A program made the position numbers and the translations under genes. A stretch of 63,944 nt of DNA, the filler included, from Stramenopiles sp. TOSAG23-6 (Eukaryota), in assembly GCA_900128565.1 (NCBI GenBank). It is 8 parts of 8 records of this genome, joined end to end, with 100 filler letters (N's around TTAATTAATTAA, not from the genome) between each part and the next. Parts side by side here need not be neighbours in the genome. Positions count along the whole stretch, not along the records: positions 47,646 to 59,437 come from LT636239.1; positions 59,538 to 60,940 come from LT639108.1; 6 more parts are not named here. One strand, written 5' to 3'. This document shows positions 48,263-59,566 of this stretch, piece after piece (position 1 is the first letter of the stretch; the number at the start of each line of letters is the position of its first letter). The notes beneath the pieces were generated by a model that was given only the letters and a program-made list of their open reading frames with translations, was not told the origin of the DNA and did no database searches.

Positions 48263-51200
48263 ATGCCATCCTTGACTCCTACAGAAGGCGTTGAAAATAC
48301 GCGAGGCAATGAGTCCCCTTTGGCAGCTTTACGCTCTTCTTCCCCCCAAAAAATAATTCCACTTTCACCGTGTGGTGAAGGAACGGCGTCACGTCAATCA
48401 GCTCGACAGAGAGCTCGTCAAAAACAAAAAGTCATTCATAGTGAAGCTCAAGAGCGTGGTGGTATTCTAAATGCTGCATTAAAAGAAAATAAAAACGTTC
48501 GTGATCAAATGCAACCAGATCAAAGTGGATCGCAACAAAATGTTTCGTCTACCCTCTCCTCTAAAAATTCCCCCGGTTCCGAAATCTCAGTCAGCCCGAA
48601 CAAAAGCAAGCTCAAACCAAAACAAAGTGGAAAGCCCAAATCAAAGGTTAAAGCAAACAACGGCGATACAAAATCTAAGAAAGCCCCAGAAAAGCGGAAA
48701 AAGAGTGTGCTTCCATCTCGTTGTGTTTTAATACTAAAAACTTGGATGATGTCACCGGAACATATTCACCACCCTTATCCCACTGAAGAGCAAAAGTTAG
48801 AACTATGCCACCGTACTGGTATTGGATTAAAACAGCTTACTAATTGGTTTACAAATAATCGAAAACGTCTTTGGCGACCGCATATGCGACAACTAATTGC
48901 TCAGCGTGAAGAGGCAGGTCTTAGTGCACTCCCGGAGCATGCTTCTCTCACTCTTGGGCAGCATAAACCCGGTTCTAAAGCCGCAATACGTGCAGCAAAA
49001 CAGTTGAAAACTAAATTAGGTATGGATACAGCAGCAGATTTTGCAGCTGCTGCAGCACTTGCGACTGGAATGCGTGGACCGNCAAAGAAGAAGAAAGCTG
49101 AAGGCTTGAGTTGTCTTGATGGAATGCCACTGTCTCGTTCCACATCGTATAATGCTTACGATACTCAAAAAATAGATCGTGGAGAGAGACTATTTGGTGG
49201 TGCAATAATTGTTCCTATGCCTAAAATGGGTCCTTTAGATCCTAGATCTGTCGAAGCAGCAGACACTTTAGCAAAGATGTCACCTCATGTCGTTCCTATG
49301 AGTGCAGGTGGATCTATTCCTCTGTTATCTTCGCACCTTCCACCCTCATCATCAGTTTCGTCTACACTTGGAGGAGGAGGATATAGCATTGGAGCGCGAT
49401 ATTTAATGACTCGAACTGTATCAATTTCATCTCTTGATGGTGTTGACTCAGACACGTCGGATGCTGCCATTACCTTAGCGGCATTAGTCGGAAGTCCTCG
49501 TATTGGCCCACAGGGAATTGGTCCTGATGATGGTAGGCGAGGCCGACCGAGATCAAATACATGGCCACTTAATTCTGCCCCTGGTGGAGAAAATTTGTCT
49601 GCTGGTAAAGAAGGAAAAGATGAAATACAATCTGGAGCACCTAATCATATTGGGCACTTAAGTCAAAACGCTGCTTCAGTCTCTTTTGGCCGCCAAGGTC
49701 CTTTGAATATGAACAGTCTGAGCTCATTCGAAACAAAAGAAGAATGGGTTGACATATATATTTTATCGCCTGAGTACCGTGATGTTTTGATGGGAGCAAA
49801 ATGTGACGAGAAATTTTCTGGAAAGTTGAAGAGAGGAACTGGTGCAGGTGTATTTGGTTCCTCCTGTGTTGGAAATAGCATGAACCCCCCTACGAATAGC
49901 AAAACTATAGACCATTCTGCTTTGTCTGCTTTTGATTTATTACTTAAAACAGATGAGAAAGCAGTTGGTATATACGATACACAAGATAATGGTCAAGAGG
50001 AATTTAAAATGAACCGAAGCGACCCTGTGAATGGTAATATATTAAATGTTGTTAGTAAAGTTAAACTTCGACCACCGCGTTTGATTGATGTGACTACAAA
50101 GACACCTCCATTATGGGCTGTCGCTAGAGGCTTTGTTTTGAATAAATGCATTAATCAGAAAATTACCTATTCATATCCTAGAGCTCATAAAAATGATCGT
50201 CGTGTGGTACGCGGAAGACGAGGAGAAGAGATAACGCGTTTAAAAGAACATTTCCTTAATCGATATTTGATACAAATGGGTTGTCCAACAATCCCAAAGA
50301 GACCAAAGCTTCACAATTCTAAAGTTAAAGGTAAGAGAAAACTTGGTGGTAGACGTGATTCGAATAAAAGTAAGACGCGTGACGAAATGTTGATGTTGAA
50401 TACGGATCTCGCAAAGTATGATTCAAACATTGATCTTAAGCGACAAAGAACTGGTGACAGTCACCATCGTGATAGTTCCGTTTCCACAGGTAAACGTAAT
50501 TTACCAAAACAGTCGACAAAGCTTCTGAAGGATTGGTTACTATCCCCGGAACATATTCATCACCCTTATCCCACTGATGAAGAAAAAGAATTACTCATGG
50601 AAGATACTGGAATTGGAATGAAACAGTTAACGAATTGGTTTACAAATGCTAGAAAACGTATTTGGCAACCTATGTTTACGAGTAGCTCATCTGCATCTGT
50701 AACAGCAACTGCTACTGCTGCTGCTGCTGCGGCATCTCTTGGTATTATTGACATTGATATCGCGCGAGTTCAAAGAGGAGCAAAGGCTGCTCTATCAGCG
50801 CGCAATGCTAAGAAAGGAGGCCGCGCCGCTCACGATGCGTCTGCTGTAAGTGGGGGTATGCATACATTGAGTGGAAGTCCTAGATCACAAGCACGTTGTA
50901 GAAAAAAAGGAAATGGCAGAACTCTTGCTAACGCAAGTGAGGTGGCAGTTAAACCTGCTTCTAGAAATGATTTCATGTTATATGTACAGTGTCTCAGTTG
51001 TAAAAAGTGGCGAAAACTCCCTATAGGTACTTTCGATGTATCAGATGTTCCACGAAAGTGGACGTGTTCCATGGCGCACAATGGAGGTTTTTCATCGAAA
51101 GAAGCACAGAAAAAAGCCAATCAAGAATTTAACGAACAACAAGAACTCCGTGATAAAACAGGTCTTGGACATTGGTTGTCACCTTCATGTCGTATCCTTC

Positions 51201-51694
51201 AACAGAAACTTCTACCTGGTCGTGCCCCTCCCTGGCCAAGTCTCGATTCCGAAGGAGGGTGTTTACCGGTGAAGTTGCAGCCACCAGTAGTTCGAGTTTC
51301 TGTAAAACATGAGGTGAAGAAAAAAGAAATGAATGCCATGCGAGATTATGTTCGCAATGATACAGAAGCTAAAGATGCACGAGCAACGACTGCTCTTGCA
51401 GGATTTGGTGAGCCGATTGAATGGACTCCTGGCCATGTTGATGATATAGATAACGCCTGGGCTACGAACATCGATGTTGCAGCTGTTGCGATACCTGCTA
51501 CACAAATAACAGATCCAAATGGTGTTCTTGTTATTAATCCTGTCAATAATATAAGCGATATAAAGCTATGTGTTGATGTTTCTAATTCGATAAAAAATCA
51601 AAATACGAATATCGTAAATGATGATGATACAGATCGCCAGTCAATGGATATTGATGAAAAAGGTACTTCTTCTCAAGCGGAAGTTCCGACATAA
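48263..51694 (+). CDS. Protein with two TALE homeodomains and a CW-type zinc finger
   Basis: Two HPYPT..K..L...TG....QLTNWFTN.RKR.W; YVQCLSCKKWRKL...WTC. Confidence 0.88.
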   Translation: MPSLTPTEGVENTRGNESPLAALRSSSPQKIIPLSPCGEGTASRQSARQRARQKQKVIHSEAQERGGILNAALKENKNVRDQMQPDQSGSQQNVSSTLSSKNSPGSEISVSPNKSKLKPKQSGKPKSKVKANNGDTKSKKAPEKRKKSVLPSRCVLILKTWMMSPEHIHHPYPTEEQKLELCHRTGIGLKQLTNWFTNNRKRLWRPHMRQLIAQREEAGLSALPEHASLTLGQHKPGSKAAIRAAKQLKTKLGMDTAADFAAAAALATGMRGPXKKKKAEGLSCLDGMPLSRSTSYNAYDTQKIDRGERLFGGAIIVPMPKMGPLDPRSVEAADTLAKMSPHVVPMSAGGSIPLLSSHLPPSSSVSSTLGGGGYSIGARYLMTRTVSISSLDGVDSDTSDAAITLAALVGSPRIGPQGIGPDDGRRGRPRSNTWPLNSAPGGENLSAGKEGKDEIQSGAPNHIGHLSQNAASVSFGRQGPLNMNSLSSFETKEEWVDIYILSPEYRDVLMGAKCDEKFSGKLKRGTGAGVFGSSCVGNSMNPPTNSKTIDHSALSAFDLLLKTDEKAVGIYDTQDNGQEEFKMNRSDPVNGNILNVVSKVKLRPPRLIDVTTKTPPLWAVARGFVLNKCINQKITYSYPRAHKNDRRVVRGRRGEEITRLKEHFLNRYLIQMGCPTIPKRPKLHNSKVKGKRKLGGRRDSNKSKTRDEMLMLNTDLAKYDSNIDLKRQRTGDSHHRDSSVSTGKRNLPKQSTKLLKDWLLSPEHIHHPYPTDEEKELLMEDTGIGMKQLTNWFTNARKRIWQPMFTSSSSASVTATATAAAAAASLGIIDIDIARVQRGAKAALSARNAKKGGRAAHDASAVSGGMHTLSGSPRSQARCRKKGNGRTLANASEVAVKPASRNDFMLYVQCLSCKKWRKLPIGTFDVSDVPRKWTCSMAHNGGFSSKEAQKKANQEFNEQQELRDKTGLGHWLSPSCRILQQKLLPGRAPPWPSLDSEGGCLPVKLQPPVVRVSVKHEVKKKEMNAMRDYVRNDTEAKDARATTALAGFGEPIEWTPGHVDDIDNAWATNIDVAAVAIPATQITDPNGVLVINPVNNISDIKLCVDVSNSIKNQNTNIVNDDDTDRQSMDIDEKGTSSQAEVPT

Positions 51695-52567
51695 AATTCC
51701 AATTTATTTCAAGCTAAATAGAAATTATCTTGGTAAAAATTGGTAAAAAAAATAAATTTGTTCGAAAGACATCAATGACTATTGCCTAGAAATGCGAGCG
51801 TTATTTTTGTTTTTTTGTTGAGAAGGAAATAAAAAAGACAATTGTCTATTATGTTTTTTTTGTGTAGTTAATACAAAATTTAATTTTTTTTACGTGATAA
51901 TTATTAATATCAAGTCGAAGTCACCGTGGAGCTATCAAACAAATCAAGAGTATAATATTTTGAATTCTTGATTCGATTTCTAACGATTTATTATTACTAC
52001 GAATAGAATCATTAAAATATTAAAATATTTGAACGACAATTAATTGTAAAGGAAAAGGCTTGAATATTCCATGGAAAAAAAAACGAAAACAATGGAATAT
52101 TCCATGGAAAAAAAAAGCCTGAAGAAGTCGTAACTAAAACACTTGGATCACACTGAAAAACGTGTAGAGAAAAATCATGAAAGAAATGTACAAAAAAAAA
52201 AAAAAGTAAAATATGACAATGTCATTGTAGCTATATCCAATAGTGATTTAATTAAAAAACTGGATTATATTTGAAAAAGAGGTAAAGAAAAATCGCGAAA
52301 GAAATGAAATCTACATTAAAGTTTTTGTACAAATAAATTTATAAAAATAAAATAAGCTTTTTCCACTTTTGTTTTACACAAGCAAGTAAATGCCATTGTG
52401 ATTACTGCCACTTTGAAAATCCTCCTCCGAGTTATTCTTGAACAACAAAGAGGACACAGTTAGGAGCAGTTGAAAAAAGTTACGTATTCATATAGATAGA
52501 AATGAAATCAATCTGGCAAGGAAAGACGGAGTTGCCCTATTGTATCAATGGTGTAGCTCCGTCGTTA

Positions 52568-54256
52568 TCACTCTGATTGACTTTTGTATTTGCTGTTTGA
52601 TGCACCCACAAACTCTGGGTCTAAGGTTTTAAGTAGTCGAACGACTCCCGCATGATCTGCATGTGAAGCAATAAGCAATGGGGTAACTCCGGCAAATGGT
52701 CCACTTGTCACAGCCTGATTGACATCAGCGCCAGCATCAAGTAATACTTGAACTACTTCTTCATGACCTGTCCATGAAGCAACCCACAATGGTGTAGCTC
52801 CGTATTTTGTAGCTAGATTGACATTAGCACCTTTACCAAGAAGTAGTCCAACTATTCCAACATGACCATTTTGTGAAGAAATATACAATGGGGTAGCTCC
52901 ATTTTCGTTAGCCTTATCGACATTAGCACTTTCTTTGATAAGTAGTTCAACTACTCTAACACGACCATTCTGTGAAGCAATCATCAATGGGGTCAATCCA
53001 TTGAAATTAGCCTTGGCATCAGCATGTGCAGCAATAAGTTTTGCAACTACTTTTAAATGACCAGACTGTGAAGCAACATGCAACGGGGTAACTCCATCAT
53101 CATCATCATCATTTACATTAGCACCATGATCAATAAGTTGTTCAACTACTCCAACATGACCATTTATTGAAGCAGCATACAACGGTGTAGCTCCACTTTG
53201 AAGAGCCTTATTGACATCAGCACCAGCAGCGATAAGTTGTTCAACTACTTTATCATAACCGCTGTGTGAAGCAACAAATAATGGTGTAGCCCCGCTTGCC
53301 GCTCCACTTGTCAGAGCCTGATTGACTTTTGCTTTAGCGCCGAGAAGAAGTTGGACTACTTTTTCATGACCCTTTGATGAAGCATTAAACAATGGCGTAT
53401 ATTCGTTGTTATCAGCCTGATTGACATCGGCACCCTTATCAAGAAGTAGTCGAACTACTCCAACATGACCATTTAATGAAGAAATATACAATGGGGTAAA
53501 TCCGCCTTCCCTAGCCTGGTTGACATCAGCACCAGCAGCGATAAGTTTTGCAACAACTCCCGCATGACCTTCCTGTGAAGCAATAAGCAATGGGGTATCT
53601 CCGTCGCCATTAGCCTGATTGACATTCTCACCTAGAACAATTAAAGTCTCGACCTTCATGACGTCATTTTTATTTGCAGCTTCCAACAAAGGGGAATAAA
53701 AAGGAGCTTTCATTTCCAAGCCACGTATCTCGACTTCTCTCGCAAAACGTTCCTTCTTCTCATCCAGTGATAACTGTGTCCATCCATATTCACGAAACAT
53801 CCGATTAACAACGTCTTGAACTGGTGTACCAGTTTCAATACGTCGTTGCAAATCGTCTGCTGGTATCTGATTTTTCGAGAATTTTTCAAAGACGTGGAGT
53901 GGGTAGATCATTTTATCAACGACTTTTCTTAAACAAGTCTTTGACCAAGGATTCAAAAATGATAATCCCAGAAAGTCTAGGATATCTCGGCTGGGCAGCT
54001 CTGGTGATAATTTATCCAAGCTCCATATAGATGCCACACGTTGATCGTTGCGCATAGCCAAGTTATTATTGGTATCATACTCAGCTCGGAGCGGATTCCA
54101 TATAACTTCTAGTCCGTCCTCGTTAAATTTCAAGTTTCTTTTTGATTTGTATTCTTCCGGTTGTTGTTCATGGTTTTCACCACGTAAATGTGACGTAGCA
54201 GCAAATGATGATACAATCAAGCATGATAGTATGACAGAATATAGTACAATCTTCAT
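52568..54256 (-). CDS. Ankyrin-repeat protein with putative signal peptide
   Basis: About 10 GxTPL..AS..GH..VV..LL repeats; hydrophobic N-terminus. Confidence 0.9.
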   Translation of the reverse strand: MKIVLYSVILSCLIVSSFAATSHLRGENHEQQPEEYKSKRNLKFNEDGLEVIWNPLRAEYDTNNNLAMRNDQRVASIWSLDKLSPELPSRDILDFLGLSFLNPWSKTCLRKVVDKMIYPLHVFEKFSKNQIPADDLQRRIETGTPVQDVVNRMFREYGWTQLSLDEKKERFAREVEIRGLEMKAPFYSPLLEAANKNDVMKVETLIVLGENVNQANGDGDTPLLIASQEGHAGVVAKLIAAGADVNQAREGGFTPLYISSLNGHVGVVRLLLDKGADVNQADNNEYTPLFNASSKGHEKVVQLLLGAKAKVNQALTSGAASGATPLFVASHSGYDKVVEQLIAAGADVNKALQSGATPLYAASINGHVGVVEQLIDHGANVNDDDDDGVTPLHVASQSGHLKVVAKLIAAHADAKANFNGLTPLMIASQNGRVRVVELLIKESANVDKANENGATPLYISSQNGHVGIVGLLLGKGANVNLATKYGATPLWVASWTGHEEVVQVLLDAGADVNQAVTSGPFAGVTPLLIASHADHAGVVRLLKTLDPEFVGASNSKYKSQSE

Positions 54257-54570
54257 TTTATTCTTTGCGAACTTTTGGAATTACTTTTTACAACTTTTAC
54301 AACACACTGGCTATATGAACGGCAGGTTGCAGGTAAGCTGACCAATTATTTAGGTATGAAATTCTCTATGAAAAAAAAGGCAAGTTCGGAGAATTTCACG
54401 TGCACAAACATGTTCTGATGATCCTCATTAATTTCATACGTTACTTTCAGGTTAGCTAATTGTGTGAATTAACGTTTTTCTGTTAGTAAGACACTTTCAC
54501 ACAAACGGTCATATCCTCTATCTAATTGCCATTTTAGAAATTTCAAGACTAATTCATATTTAAGTGTAGC

Positions 54571-55365
54571 ATGGTTGGATTCACAGTTATTGGAACGAAT
54601 CTGGAAATGGAGAAAAAGTCAAGGTATAAAAAGAGGAAACAAGGAAAACGTTGGGGCTGCAAATTTGTGGATAAGAAGTCTGGTATTTCTTGTACGAAGA
54701 AGGCACAAGGCGCGTCAACATTTTGTTGCGCACACGGAGGAGGCAACCGTTGTCAAGTTAAAGGATGTACAACAAGTGCTAGAGGAGCAAAGAGCGGAAG
54801 ATGCATGCGACATGTTTGTTGTCCACTTTCATTTCAAATTTATTTCTTTTTCACGCTTTTCCATAGAAAATTTCTCACTAAACAATTTTTAGTTTTTTAC
54901 TTTTTCACAATACTTGGTGGTGGTCGAAGGTGTGAAATGAAAAACTGTTGTAAAGGCGCACAGGGTCGAACTCCTTACTGTATTGCCCATGGAGGTGGGC
55001 GGAGATGCTCTTTCCTAAATTGTGATAAAGGAGCCACAAATAAAGTAAGTTGTGCAAAAAGTTTATGCAAAAGGCACACTCGACTAGAAGAAGAGAGAAA
55101 GAAAAAAAACGGAAAAAAAGAAATGAAGTTTGATCAAATAGAAAAGAAGACACTAAAACGTCAGTTACCCGATGACATATCATTCTCTCAAATTCAGCAG
55201 CCCTTTAAACAGACACGAGTCAATTCAATCAACTGTGAGAGTATTCAACTTCATGATTTTTCAAATGCAAATTGTTTTGGAGACTGGCAAATATTTGGAA
55301 TGAATGAACTGATGAAAATTGAAAAACTTATGAATGATGCGCAAAATATCGCAGTGATCACTTGA
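54571..55365 (+). CDS. WRKY19-like (CxxHGGG repeat) zinc-finger protein; exons 54571-54813, 54916-55365
   Basis: CCAHGGGNRC, CMRH|GGGRRC, CIAHGGGRRC. Confidence 0.82.
   Translation: MVGFTVIGTNLEMEKKSRYKKRKQGKRWGCKFVDKKSGISCTKKAQGASTFCCAHGGGNRCQVKGCTTSARGAKSGRCMRHVCCPLSFQIYFFFTLFHRKFLTKQFLVFYFFTILGGGRRCEMKNCCKGAQGRTPYCIAHGGGRRCSFLNCDKGATNKVSCAKSLCKRHTRLEEERKKKNGKKEMKFDQIEKKTLKRQLPDDISFSQIQQPFKQTRVNSINCESIQLHDFSNANCFGDWQIFGMNELMKIEKLMNDAQNIAVIT
54814..54915 (+). mobile_element. Degenerate introner-like intron T, GT-TT, 102 nt
   Basis: CAT|GTTTGTTG...TTTTCACAATACTT|GGTGGTGGT restores HGGG. Confidence 0.8.
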
Positions 55366-55946
55366 GTACTGCTTTAGTATAGGTATCGGGTTAATTCAAC
55401 ATGTACATATATATATATATAGATCCGTATATATAAGCGTATATAAGATCCTATTATATATTATAATCCGTTTATATTTTTATACGTTTTTATATCAGAT
55501 TATTTTCGACTATTTTGGGACTATTTCGTGTTAAACTTACAGAAAATTACTGATGACTTGTAAACTACTCATTGAATGAAAACTGGCAATGTTTACAATT
55601 ATACTTGCAAAATAAACTATAGTTATACAATGACTTCAGATTAGATTTAAATTTTGAGATTCTCCATCTAGAACAAAACGCAACAAAATCGAACAAAATC
55701 ATCACGCAAAATCCATGATACCCGGTAACATGAAAACGTGCGCATCTCGACCACGATGGCCGCGGTCACATAGTACACGATTAAATACAAGACTTTGGCC
55801 TGTAGCTGCTAGCACTCCGCAAGTTTTTTTGCATTCGACAAACGAATTTGATTGTAGACATTTTGTAAAGCTTTCACATATAAAGGGAGTTATATATATT
55901 GTTGGAGAATAGTTTCATCGATATCTGTATTAGACTAGGTAGGGAA

Positions 55947-56252
55947 ATGGTATGTGTGACAAATTCTCAGTTTTTAACAGCACTCACGAGGATGTTTGAA
56001 GCAACGAAAGAATCAGGTTACTCAGTCAACGTGACTTCCAAGCAGCATAAATCGAAGGAAGGTAGAAGTTGCTTCCTCATTAGATGTAGTTGTAATGGTT
56101 CAAATGGTAAATCATTCAGCACAATGATCTCTGCTAAAGGCCAGCAAAAGTTTCAAGAGCAGTACTCGAATATCCTCATGGTAAGACTTTATGGCTTGAA
56201 GAAAAGAGAGAAAAAACAAAAGAAGAAGATTCATCGACGTGCCTCGGAATGA
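55947..56252 (+). CDS. SRP14: Signal recognition particle 14 kDa protein
   Basis: NSQFLTALTRMFE...GYSVNVTSK...LKKREKK. Confidence 0.85.
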   Translation: MVCVTNSQFLTALTRMFEATKESGYSVNVTSKQHKSKEGRSCFLIRCSCNGSNGKSFSTMISAKGQQKFQEQYSNILMVRLYGLKKREKKQKKKIHRRASE

Positions 56253-56356
56253 ATATGTACACTATAGTCAGTATAGAAAATGTTGATTGCATAAATACCT
56301 GAATTATTAATAATTTTGTTCTATCACAAGGCTCTGTTTTTATTATCAATACTGTT

Positions 56357-59300
56357 TTACTCTTTATCATCTTGTTTTTCTGAAGGTAAAGTGCTCACAC
56401 TGGAAGGTCGACCAGTAGTTATAGGTGATTCAATAGATTTGGAGTCTACAGAAATGTCTAGTTCACTTTCTGTTACTTCTCTTCCACCTGATGCTAAAGA
56501 TGCGTCTAAGTTAGAGTCATAATCATATCTATTGTCCAAACTATTCCTCCCACCTAGTCCTACTGAAGAATTAGCGGGTGATTCCAATTCACCCCGTTTC
56601 ATACCTAAAGTATTTCTCGTCAAACCTAAACTTAAATCATCATTAAATTCGGAGAACATTGATGCATCACTTTCTTTATCATCTTTTTTATGTTTTTGAA
56701 CAATTCTGTCTGCGGCTTTCTCCAATGAAGTCGATGACTGAAGCCCTCCTAAGTAGTTTTGATCACCTGCGCTATCTAGTGCAATACTATCATTTAAATA
56801 TTGACTACTGTCAAACGACGACATTGGACCTATACTGTTACTAGTATCCATACTGAGACCAATATTATTTTCATCAGTAGACAATTTCTTTTGATGACCT
56901 TTGGAAAATTTTTCCTGAAGATTTTTCTGGATCTCAAAAAGTTGTTTCTCTCGCTCTGCCATTAATTTTGACATAAATTCTTCATGCTTACGACGTTCCA
57001 TAAGAAGTTTTTCATCAGTTTCGCGTCTAATCTTTTGAACCATAGATTCTTGTTGATGGCCATGACGACGGACCATTTCATCCTCTAACTTCTGTTGCGC
57101 ACGAACAAAAGCAAGACGTTCCTGCAATTCTTGATCACGGAGCATCATTTCATGCTCAATTAGACGATGTTTTGCATGCTCTTTTTCAAGTTCCACCATT
57201 TGCTTTGATACCGATTCTTCATCTGCAATAATCTTTTGAGTCTCTTCGCGATGCATAGTACGTGTAGCTTCTTCCCACTGACGACGTTTTTGGTCTGCTT
57301 CAAGTTTTTTTAAACGTTCGTTCCACTGCTTAGTTTTTTCTTCATGAGCTTCACGAGTTTTTTTTAATCTTTCTGTGCGCTCTTCATTACGCTTTTTTAA
57401 AGCTTCATTGCGATCATCAATTAATTTTTGTTGCTCGCGTTGCTCTTCTTCAAGTAATACCTTCTGTGCTTTTTCACGTTGCTGAACCTGCATTTGTGCT
57501 ATCTTCAATTCATCTTCGGCTGAATGACGAAGTCGTCGCTCACGTTCAATTGCTGCCATTTTTTCTGAATGCTTGGCGCGTTTTGCTTGCAATTGAGCCA
57601 AAAGACCTCGCTGTACCTCGATTTGTTGATCGACCTGTAACATTTGTTGTTGTTTTTCCAATTCAATGCGTCGCCTTAATTGTCGTTCTTCGTCCTCCGC
57701 GCGCCAAGCCTCATGGGTTGCCTTATCCTCCTTTTCTAATACATCAAGTTGAACCTGAATTTGACTACGCATATCATGCAGATTCTGCTGCTGCATAGCC
57801 TCTTCTTGTAATTCGGCGATTCGTTGGTCACTCTGGAATTCAAGATTTTGTAACGCTTCTTCATCACGTAAACGATCTACATCTTTTTTATTATTTATCT
57901 GTTGAGTTTCCAACCAAGTTGAAAGTTCTTCTGCATTAGCCTCCATACGAAGTCGGGTATTGCGCACTGCTTCAACTGAAGATTTCTCACGCGCACCGAG
58001 ATGTTCAAGTCTTCGTAGACGCATCTTATGTGCTAGGTCATTTTGCTCTTCAGTGAGTTTTGCATTGATCTCAGAATCTTTTTCAATTCTTCGCTTCTCT
58101 GTGATATCTAGAAGTTCCCTAGTTCGCTGCAATTTTTTTCGTTCTTCCTCCATTTCTTTAGTGATTTGAGCCAACGCATTGAGCTTTCTCTGTTGTCCTT
58201 CCACGCGCGATTGTTCAGCTTCTATCTGTTTTCGTCTTGCAGCTTGAAAATCAACGACTGCTTTTGGAAAACCAATGAATAATGGATATTGCCCACGCGA
58301 CAATATTGGTTCAATACTGCTGCCCGCACCACCACATTTACCTAGATCTTCTTCTACAGCAGAAGGAATTTCTTTTGATGTACGAAGTAATAATTGGGAC
58401 ATTTTCCACAAACGTCTCACATCAATAGCATTCTGTCGTCTCAGAAATTGACGAACTTCTTCAGCCGTATGACAGCCAAGTAATGCAGTTCGAAAAATAC
58501 GAATATATGCAAGAGCACATAATGGAAATAAGCTTGGTTCTCTCCAATTAGCTATGAGATTATCCCATAATTTTAACCATTGGGGTCGGGTGAGAACTTC
58601 TGAAAATGCACTCTGTAACATCGGCCAGCAATATTCATCAGCAGCGATTCCAATATCTGTAAAGTGACGATGAAGAGTAGCATCATGAGAAATAAGGCAT
58701 CGCTCAAAACTTTCTAGCAATACTACAGGAGGACCTGGCATATTGGCATACCAGCCTTTACACCAATGCATAAGAACACACGACAATAATTCAAATGAAA
58801 CAACATCATCAGAAGTAGATGTTGTCTTCACAAATGGGAATGATAGGACTGGGAGATAGGGTAATTCAGCGAATACAGGCGACCAATGACCCAATGCTGA
58901 TAAAATTCGTTGTAATCTAGCAAGCAATCGTCTGTTCTTTATCGGGTACCTGTCGGATAATGATTTAAATGCAGGGTGTATACCTCGCTGTCTAAGAGCA
59001 TCAAATGCAACGCGATTTTCTGGAAGTCTCAATAGAAATCGCCAACATAAAAGTCGATGTTTTACGGGAAATGTATTTTGGAAAAATATTTGAAAAGTTT
59101 TTTCGTTAGGTACAAAATTTCGTACGAAACAAAATTCGAATTTGAAAAAAAATAAAACATACATTCACCATGGCTTGATAATAATCTAAGTAGTGACTCC
59201 TCATTGATATTCGACTCCGCGTCAGATACTCTGGTCAGTCTATGTAGTGGTGGATTGGCTTTGGGTTCAAGAAAATTTTCTTCCTCCTTGATTATAACAT

Positions 59301-59437
59301 TTGCCATGGCTTGTCTCTTTAGACTCTTCATCTGTCTCTCGCGTAAATGTAACTTTCCCATTTTAGGATTTGTTTTAGTAGATTTCCACTTACTTGACCC
59401 ATCAGTCTTTTGGTCATTTTTACTTAAAATAGATCTG
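56357..59437 (-). CDS. TBC1D31: TBC1D31-like (Rab-GAP TBC plus coiled-coil), 5' truncated; intron 59071-59162
   Basis: GE|FPVKHRLLCWRFLLRLPEN, SALGHWSPVF, WLKLWDN. Confidence 0.82.
59071..59162 (-). mobile_element. Introner-like intron U, GT-AT, 92 nt
   Basis: GAAT|GTATGTTTT...TTTTCCAAAATACAT|TTCCC. Confidence 0.88.
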
Positions 59438-59566
59438 NNNNNNNNNNNNNNNNNNNNNNNNNNNNNNNNNNNNNNNNNNNNTTAATTAATTAANNNNNNN
59501 NNNNNNNNNNNNNNNNNNNNNNNNNNNNNNNNNNNNNTAGCACAAATCCAACTGCCCATTTATCCA

